Shown here: positions 38,869 through 64,000 of the stretch, piece after piece
Numbering within the stretch: position 1 is the stretch's first letter
Layout of the letters: each line of letters begins with the position of its first letter
NCBI GenBank assembly: GCA_963693365.1
Contig: CAVNZM010000012.1
Span: 6,336,889 to 6,400,888 of the forward strand
DNA length: 64,000 bases
Direction of reading: 5' to 3'
Origin: Amoebidium appalachense
Lineage: Eukaryota > Protista > Ichthyosporea
Position numbers and translations under genes: made by a program
The notes under the pieces: generated by a model
Told to the model about the DNA's origin: nothing
Database searches by the model: none
Seen by the model: only the letters and a program-made list of their open reading frames with translations

Positions 38869-39674
38869 TTTCGGGACACGGCTAAAAAAATAAACTAACT
38901 TAGGTGTGTGGAAGTGTGGAAGTATGAATGGTGAGTATGTTTGGCACGTAAAAAAAAGAAGGCGGCCCTCGAACCTACACAGGGAGTGACAAAAAACATG
39001 CAAGACTTGAGGTTATATACATGCTCGTCCATGCATTTTACCATATATGGCTACATCAACAGAGACAACCAATCAAAATAGACCATAGCCCAGGGTAGGG
39101 ATTACGAAAAAAAATCGTCGTAATTACGATTAACGAGAGACCCCGATACGAATAAGGTCAGGGTACCGTCGTAACAGCTTTCGTATCAGGTGTGTAGCAT
39201 TATAAACGCCTGAATATGTGATTTTCCCTATTTTTTCAATATTTCTGTTCAAGAACAGCACATTCCCCCCCAAGAACATATCTACAGCGCTTCTCATGTG
39301 CAATATCGAGCCCCGATAAGATTCCAGGGCTTGTAATCTTGCGGTACTCAATTTGTAAAAATACGTATTTTGAGTTTTACGACTGGGAGGGGCGTTTTAG
39401 GCGGGGCTTGCAGTGCCCCAAGAACCCACCCCGTAACGATTAAGAAACTGTCCGTTACGATTGGCCAAAGGGCGATACGGTTAAGCTGGCGATTCCGAAC
39501 CCCAGCCCAAGTTCCCAACCCTGCCATTGCCGCTGTTACGTAATCGGTTGGAGGCTCGACTTCGAGCAAAGTTTTTTCAGGTTTTCCCGAGTCAAAGAGC
39601 ATGAACTATAGTACTGGGCACCCCATAGCTCGGAGTGTACTACCAAGATTGACAAGCTCAACCGTCACAAAGTT

Positions 39675-40271
39675 ATGGGTTATATTGCATCCGAGGCTAA
39701 AGTGCTTCCCACAATAGTTTCAGAAAATAAAGAAGCTACGTTGGCTGCTGCCTCAACTGGAAACATGCCGCCGCCGCCACCCACGTTTGACGTTGCCTCA
39801 GCCCATCGCTACTTTTCCGCCACCAGCTTCAACGAAACCTGGGCCTACCTTGATAAGCCCACACGTACACCACAAGATGATGAAGACATGCTGCGTGCAA
39901 CAATGGCCTCTCACTACCACTGGACGAAAAGACCAGACTACACAGCTGAAAAGGCGTCAATAGGTTACTGGCAGGTCAGCAGGGTGTACGCAGTGCTAAA
40001 CGATGGTGATCGTGCCATGTACAATGCTCAAAGGTGTCTTGAGGAAGCACAGAAAGATGATAACTTAGATGCGTTCTACGTTGGGTACGCATACGAGGCA
40101 CTTGCCCGTGCGGCACTGGTAAAGGGGGAGTTGGAAAAGGTGGGCGAGTATCTTGGGTTGGCGAGGGTGAATGAGGAGCTAATTGTGAAGGAGAAGGACA
40201 GCATACCATTATTGCAGGCCGACCTGAAAGAGATATCTGACCGTGCCTTGAGTGGTGCCAGTAACAAGTAG
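39675..40271 (+). CDS. Intronless alpha-helical protein of unknown function resembling a bacterial uncharacterised family (198 aa; alternative start at 39765)
   Basis: Clean 597-nt non-repetitive ORF. The motif string HRYFSATSFNETWAYLDKPTRTPQDDEDM..ASHYHW..SIGYWQVSRVYAVL..AQRCLE..FYVGYAYEALARA..LQADL resembles bacterial hypothetical proteins as I recall them. Confidence 0.8.
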   Translation: MGYIASEAKVLPTIVSENKEATLAAASTGNMPPPPPTFDVASAHRYFSATSFNETWAYLDKPTRTPQDDEDMLRATMASHYHWTKRPDYTAEKASIGYWQVSRVYAVLNDGDRAMYNAQRCLEEAQKDDNLDAFYVGYAYEALARAALVKGELEKVGEYLGLARVNEELIVKEKDSIPLLQADLKEISDRALSGASNK

Positions 40272-40385
40272 GTGCATGAAAACGCCTGATGTGGGTATTC
40301 CATCCTGATGAAGGCGCAATTGACCGCACCTACTCACGAGCATGCACGCGACAAGCGCACTCACACACACGAGCGCACGTGTGCT

Positions 40386-40554
<169 letters not shown>

Positions 40555-41469
40555 CGTTGCTCACAGACACGTGCACACAGGAACAACACATGTAGAGCTA
40601 CGTTCATGTTTGTTTACACTTGTACCTCTCATGTATGTTAACATTTGTAATTATATTCAAAGGGCACTTGGTCTTGGTGCATAGTGGGGTTACTTATGAC
40701 ACGTGCATGTAAATAAACACCAGTTTCTTTTACGGACATCGGAGCCCCCCGCCCTCCCCTTTCTCTCGCCCCTGCCCATCTTCCTTCCCCTCCTCCCCCT
40801 TCTCCCAGAACACACACACGTACTCCTCCTACCCAGTGGGCTCGAAAGTCGCCAGTCAGTGATCCCAAATGGTTACTTGTGTTCCGGAAGGTGAATATCA
40901 ATTACTCTCTAGTTGGATTAAGGGGGATGGGAGAGGGAGGGGGAAGGGGAGGGGTGGTGGATGGATAAATCCTTGCCTTGGAGGGATTTGTGTGAGCCAT
41001 TTTTTTTCTCTTCTCTTCACTTCTCTTCTTCTCTGTGCTCTGCAAGAAAGTGGTGTTGAGCAAGTCTTTCGAAAGATCTTTCCTGTACACGGTTCTAATT
41101 AGCCTATAAGTATTATTGATTTATACATAACATCCCCCCCCCCCCCCCCCCCCTCCTCCCCTCCCCCCCCCCCCCCCCCAGGGGGGACTGCGCCCCCTGC
41201 CTTTCACACTACCTCCTTTCCGATCCTTCTTTTCATAACGACAACAAATGATGGTGGGTGGGTGGGCAACTTAGGGGGGGGGGGGGGGGGGACTCTGCGG
41301 CCTTCGCTAGTAGCGGGCTATGGTCAGGTTGGAGATAGGTCACTCGCACGTGTGTGTAAGTGGTGTTTGTTAATTTGTGTGTGCCCGCGTGCCCTCGTGC
41401 GCGCGTGTGAGCATGCATGCCTGTATGTGTGCGCTGACTGCGCTTGTGTCTGTGTGAGTGTGTCCGTGC

Positions 41470-41517
<48 letters not shown>

Positions 41518-42264
41518 TGTGTGTGCATGTGCCGTGTGACCCGTGTGGGCGTGGGTGTGCATGTGTGTGTGTGTGTGTCTGTGTGTCTGTGTGCGTGTGT
41601 GTGTGGTGTGTGGGTGGGTCGGTGTGGGGTGGTAGTGTATGCGTGGATGAGTATGTGTTCACGTGTGTGTTTTGTCCCATGCCATGTGGGTGTGGGTGTG
41701 GGTGTGGGTGTGGGTGGCAGTGAGTGGTTGGGTTGGTGGGCGTGTGTATGCGTCCGCGCGCGCGTGCGTGTGGAAGTGTGTGTGCACGTGTGTGTGTATC
41801 TGCCCGCTTGTGTGTGTTCATGTACAGACAGGTGGCTATATGGCCATGAGTCAAGTGTATGTGCTTGTTTGTACATGGATATGTGGCGTTGTAGAGTCAC
41901 TAACTGAAATCCACCTTTTTCCCTTCCTTTCTTTCATTCTTATGGGTTCAATTAGGGAAGGAGAGGGGCGTCACCGTGGGAGGGCTTCTGTGTTTCTGTT
42001 TGGAAAGCCACATTTGCCTGCAGTTTTTTGCGCACATAGCACATATATCTCACCATACGTATACTTCTGATCCGCCAGGGGGGGAGAGGTGGGGGGAGGG
42101 GGCGGGAGGGGGAGGGGGGGGGGGGGGGGGGACGGGGCCTTTCATCAGCTTATTAATACCAGAATAAATGCCTGCCACGTGCGGATTAATTAACTGGTGG
42201 TGGTCGCTTCTCACATGACGTCTGGCAACCAGTGCGCGACTACAACAAAATTGTTCTTCATAAG

Positions 42265-42296
<32 letters not shown>

Positions 42297-42596
42297 ACCT
42301 TTCCCTAAAAAAAATTAAAACTAAATTAAAAAAAAATAAAATCATTCATTAATATAAAAATTTGAGGCTGCAGAACACTTTTTCATGTCTCCCGCTGTGC
42401 CGGCTACGCTCAATTCCTTGTTATTTTTTTTTTTTTTTTTTTTTTTTTTTTGGCGGATACCAGGCCTTATGTGTTGTAGCCGGCAGGTCGTTTATGAGCA
42501 ATAATTGTAACTTGAATGTTAGGTGATATGAAAGCATTGCTGATTGCTGAGTCGGTTCTATAATTCTGAGCTGGCAGGGGGCAACGTGGCCGGGAA

Positions 42597-42629
<33 letters not shown>

Positions 42630-42723
42630 GTCGAGATTAATTGGTGGTTAATGTTCGTTGTGACTCACGTGTGTATATGGGTGGGTGGGTGTGTGTCGCC
42701 GACGGTGGGCAGGAAGGAGAAAA

Positions 42724-42756
<33 letters not shown>

Positions 42757-42763
42757 GGGGGAA

Positions 42764-42794
<31 letters not shown>

Positions 42795-42941
42795 TATATT
42801 CGTTTGGCCAGTCGACCATCGTGTCCATGCAATTCACATTTTTGTAGCAGCACAGTTCTAGACCGAATAGACATGTTCACGGGCAACAATCACTGCACGT
42901 AATTCGCATGGGTGGAAAGGCCATCACAGCAGCTTCGAAGG

Positions 42942-42980
<39 letters not shown>

Positions 42981-43663
42981 CCCTCTACCCCCCGCCTCCC
43001 CCCGCCTCCCCCTCTACCCCCCCCTCCCCCCCTCCCCCCCGCCCCACCCCTCCCTCCCTTCCCCTGGTCCGCCTCCCCCCCCCCCCCCCCCCCCCACCCA
43101 TGGCCACCCACCCATCCACCCACCCTTCTCCCGCTCCACGTGGATCCTAGGCCATATGGCGATAACTAGATAATCATCGTGTCGGTTCATTTATGAGTGT
43201 GTGAGGCATATGCATCGTGGGAGTGGTACCGGGGGAGGGGGAGGAGGAGGAGGGGGGTTTGGGGGGAAAGGGGGGGGGGGGAGGGGTGCGCATATTACCA
43301 CTGGTTATTTAACCACACAGCCTATCACTTTTCGTGCATTAGCTAACCTTCCGCTTTGTACCGTCTGCGATTATAACTGGTCATGCATATGTGAAGCCTA
43401 GCTACATGTTATGTGTCAGGCACAAACCCCGAGTCAGATGCATGACACGTGCACGGAACCTGGCCCTACCGGTACCTTGCAGCAATCCAACACCACCACC
43501 CATCAATGCTTTATCAATATTTCTGCTTTTTCTTTTTGGCTTTATAGAAACTTTTCTTTTTTGCGCGCCAAAACTTCCCGCCCAAATTTCTATATTTGGT
43601 TAATCGTGCAAACCGCGTGTGAACTATTGGCGCATACATAAATTTTTGGGATTGCGACATTCC

Positions 43664-43701
<38 letters not shown>

Positions 43702-43799
43702 AATGCATATGGCACTAATAGAATCCTCACTCAGGGAGTGGACAATCATACTGTAGTCCCGCATGCACACTGGTCATGACAACATCTGGTTTTTTATTA

Positions 43800-43834
<35 letters not shown>

Positions 43835-43841
43835 ACACACA

Positions 43842-43948
43842 CACCACCACCACCACCACCACCACCACCACCACCACCACCACCACCACCACCACCGCCA
43901 CCACCACCACCACCACCACCACCGCCACCACCACCACCACCACCACCA
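43842..43948. repeat. (CCA)n trinucleotide microsatellite
   Basis: About 35 units with two CCG interruptions. Confidence 0.95.
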
Positions 43949-45204
43949 CGAAATGTATAACTTACCGAAATTGATCATGATGTCAATGGCAATTGTGCTG
44001 TGACACATCTGAATCTGAATCCTGGGTGCCCACGCATATGCATGCATATGGGCACTGGCAAACACGTACACGCATGTATGCATGTGCATGTGTGTGCGGA
44101 GAGTGTGTGTCAGTGTACGGTGCGTGTGCATGCACGCACTTGATGACATGTGTGCGTTCAAAGTTATGTGTTTATGTTGTACACATGGGTAACTGAAGTC
44201 ACGGGAAAGGCATGCAACGGGATGTGGATTTACTATCCAGAATAATAATCGTTTCCACAATCACACGTACTGCATGCATCATGACCCGGGAGCGAAAGAG
44301 CTACTGTAGCTAACCTTTGAGCCGGTAGTCTTGTCCCACTGTTTCAATAAAAGTTTTGTGCTTCTTTTGGATGGCAACCAGTGCCTGCTTTATTAAACAC
44401 CAACGGGCCACCCCCATCCCCACCGACCCACTCACAAAAACAATTACTGTCAAAACTCGGGGAAGGGGCATAAAAAATGTAATAAAAAAAGCCCAAAGTC
44501 CCAAACTCGACACCCGTTGCTTGCGAATACACTTTTAACCTTAACATGGATACATTAAAGAGCTTTTCATGCCATGCATGTCATCGTTGGTGTGAGGCTG
44601 TGGTGTGTTTTGCATATGCATTTGTATGATACCTCTACACAACGCCGCAACTGCTCGACATTTTCTAATAACAGCTTGTATGAGTATTGTACGCAATAGA
44701 GATCCGTCCGTCACCTTCCATGCGGGCACAACCAATGGCGGTACACACTCACATCACTCGTGCATGCATGTTGGCTCCCGCACACAGCCTTCTCAATCAT
44801 ATGTACATTCACTTGCTCAAAATTCCCTACGGCTGCACGTGCGAAACCAGCAGAATCTCATATACCTCATACATTCCCTGACATCCGGTTTAAGGGGTCC
44901 AAATTGTAGTCATGCACATACCTGACACCCCATACAGTGTGCAAAATGCAAACCGGGGCTTAGTTTCATTCAGCCTGCATCACAGCCCCTCCCCCCCCCC
45001 CCCCCCCCCCCCCCCACCCACCCACCCACTAAACCCTGATGGTGCCGCCATAAAGCTCGGCATACAGTCAAACTGCTGGAAAAAGGACGGACTGTTCCGG
45101 TTCAAAGATCCCACACATTACCACGAACATTTTCGCAAAGCAATGGCGAAATCAATCGCTTACGTAAGCCACCAACACCGTGCACACAGTCAATTGCAGT
45201 GCAA

Positions 45205-49755
<4,551 letters not shown>

Positions 49756-50130
49756 GGGTGACGGGCAGCTATGCGGGTAACAACCACCTGCAGAAGGGAA
49801 CACCATGGTTGGGCTTGGCCGCAAAAAGACGTTGGGGAAAAAAGAAGAGAGAGAAAACGGTGGGCGAGGGGTGGGGGGATGTGTGTTGGGGGGGAATGAA
49901 AGACAACACGAAGAAGAAAAAAAAGGAGGGGGGGGGGGGGGGGGGGGGGGGGAGGAAGGTTTTGTGTGTGTGACAATGTGCAAAGGACAAGGCTGATCCG
50001 AGTATGAGGAGAGAAAAGCGAGGGGGGGGGGAGGTGGTGTGAGCGGGGGAGAGGGGGGGGGGAGGGAGGAAAGGGGGGGCGGGGGGAGCTAGGGGAGGGA
50101 GGGAGGGCGGGGGGGAGAGAGAGGGAGAGT

Positions 50131-50336
<206 letters not shown>

Positions 50337-51372
50337 TGTGTGTGTGTGTGTGTGACTGATGGAGAGGGAGGCAGGTAGGGGGAGATTGTGTGTGCGTGTG
50401 TGCATTTGCGCGTATCTTAACGAGAAGGGGTGGATTGGGGGGGGGGGGGGGGGGGGGGGAGAGGGGTGGGAGGGGAGGGCTGGAATAACGCTGGCCAAAG
50501 ACATCGCAGTATGGTGAGGGTGCTCTGGGGAGTGGTTGAGGTTGGAAATAATGGTAACAAAAAAACAGATATCTCAGGTCAGCCTAATATCCACACAAGC
50601 ACAAGATGTATTGAGATATATAGGCTGGTTGATCTTGTGGCATGTGTTAGATTATGTTAGCTGCTAGTCTCGTGGGGCTGCTAGGACTAGCATGGGGGGT
50701 GTGGCTAATCACCTTCAAGGCGGGGCCAACACTGTGACCGCACACCTCTCGAAGGGGTAGGATAGCTCCCAACTACTCGAGCGAGTATAAAGCGTTCTCC
50801 CTTGACGTTTACCCTTCAAACTTTTCTTGTTTTGACGACTCGATTATGAGGCGCTCAGCTTTGAACTCGGATCACCCAAGCGGGCCTACTATTAGCATGA
50901 AATAGTTGTTTCTGCAAACTTTATTTTCATGAAAAATTCAAACTGCCTCTTTCTAATTCTGCCAAATCCTGCAAAATCCCGTACGGTCATGAGCCAGCGC
51001 CCGTGAGCCGGATTACATCATATCACTCAAGGTCATCCCGGGCGGCTGCTCACACAGCTGAGTTTTGTCTCACGGTGCTGGGGTTTGCTCTCTGCTTGTT
51101 GATCAAGGGTTTTTTTCTTGATTGCCCTTTAAGAAGGTTTATGAGCTTAGGAGATTGTAGCGCTGGCAAAGAGGCTAGCTCAACATACTTGCTCTGTTGA
51201 TGCCCTGAATTTCAGAAACCAGGATCACTTATCTGTCAAATTGTTTCAATTTGCTGCTGGAAGACCAAAATTCTGCCTTGATTAGAAGGCTTTCAGATCT
51301 TTTACGTTTCTCAAGTGTTTCAACAGAGGGTTTTCTATTCGAACAAGCCTCTCTGGCTCTAAAAACGCAAGC

Positions 51373-62746
<11,374 letters not shown>

Positions 62747-62899
62747 ATGTGTGTGTGTGTGTGTGTGTGTCTGTGTGTGTGTCTGTGTGTGTGTGTGGTG
62801 GTGGTGATGGTGAAGGTGATGGTGAAGGTGATGGTGGTTGACGGCAGTGGTGGTGGTGGTGGTGGTACCGATTTTGGTGGTGGTGGGGGGGGGGGGGGG

Positions 62900-62933
<34 letters not shown>

Positions 62934-63512
62934 CGAGATCGAAGCGTATGCGTGTACGTATGTCAATGTTATGCATCAGACTTGGAGCATTAATCATTCA
63001 AGCAAGGGACCCGATATGTCGAATTGAATGCATCCTGTGCAGATTTGTTAGACAGCAATACGAGTGAGTGATTTTCGGTTGTATGTGGTAGGGTTGGGTA
63101 AATTTTCTGTTATGTATGATGGAATTTGTTCACTTGGAACGAAACCACCATTTCGACAGGTCATGCAGGACTTTCTGATCGATTTATATTTACATGAAAA
63201 ACGAATGAACTTACACCGCATCAATGTCCTTGTGCTCTTTGATGTTCTCGCTATTAAAGCACTTTTCTTGTCGAGTGCGTATACAAGAATTGGGGATTTA
63301 TTTCAAATCTTTAGCATTAGAGGCTCTTCTGATATGATGCAATTATGTCCGGGATACGCCCGGCGGCTAGGCCACGGTGTGGCTTAGCCAAGAAATATAT
63401 ACGAGTATGATCTATGAAATACCGCAGCAGGTGTGTGCGTATGCTTGTGCGTGTGTGACATGTGCACGTGTGGTGGTGGTCGAGTAGGTTCACAATGCGC
63501 TCTTTGGGCGGA

Positions 63513-63549
<37 letters not shown>

Positions 63550-64000
63550 TGTATGCGTTAGATAGTTGGAAATATGGAGGAGACAACAACGAGCAAAATC
63601 AAAGAAAAGGGGGGGGGGGGGATGAGATGGCGGAAGAGAGGAGGCACGTACGTGTGCACAATGTTTTTTACTCCATTTGCTGGTTACGGTTTATTCTTAA
63701 TGTGCATGCGCACTTCTCGGATACTGATTCATTGACATCCGTATAAATGCAACCCGTCACAGGCACTAGCGACATGGGCAAAGTCAATAATGCAATTGAA
63801 AGACTACAGCCCGACCATATACAAGTTTAACACAGCTGGAGCATTATTACGGAAATCCGGTAACAAAAAACCTTAACACATGACCTGTAAAATCCGCTTT
63901 CTCCATGTGCATGCGCCGATGTTTGCTTTGCTCGACAGGCGGTAAACACATGAAGCTCATACAGCATCCATATTTCGCTACTAGTGAAAATAGGTGAAGT

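Noticed and set aside
40270-40325. SECIS-like hairpin after the intronless gene
   Set aside because: The ORF has no in-frame TGA and the ATGA/AA/GA geometry does not fit.
50850-50890. tRNA-like B-box (GAGTTCAAA on the minus strand)
   Set aside because: No cloverleaf or A-box can be built.

Overview
This is eukaryotic nuclear DNA, extremely rich in simple repeats ((CA/GT)n, (GA/CT)n, poly-G/poly-C, poly-A/T), so most ORFs in the supplied track are repeat artefacts. Manual splicing with GT-AG boundaries and phase checks gives six intron-containing genes: an HSF-domain transcription factor (-), Tctex1/DYNLT1 (-), a 140-aa FLASH/CASP8AP2-like coiled-coil protein (+), leukotriene A4 hydrolase (-), CIAO2A/FAM96A (-) and a 16-exon FAF2/UBXD8-like protein (+). 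There is also one intronless gene that looks bacterial (+) and a possible first exon of a gene running off the left edge. Gene content suggests an opisthokont, probably a unicellular relative of animals (inference). Mobile or duplicated DNA includes a young 1080-bp non-coding Copia-type LTR element with apparently identical LTRs, a MITE-like element, a dispersed ~110-bp repeat ending in C-run plus A-run, and a templated insertion that puts an antisense copy of the LTA4H exon1/intron1 junction inside LTA4H intron 3. The leads most worth following are the mini-FLASH gene, the LTA4H self-antisense insertion, the horizontal-transfer candidate, and 3' splice sites that lack polypyrimidine tracts. 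All homology calls come from motif recognition, not database searches.
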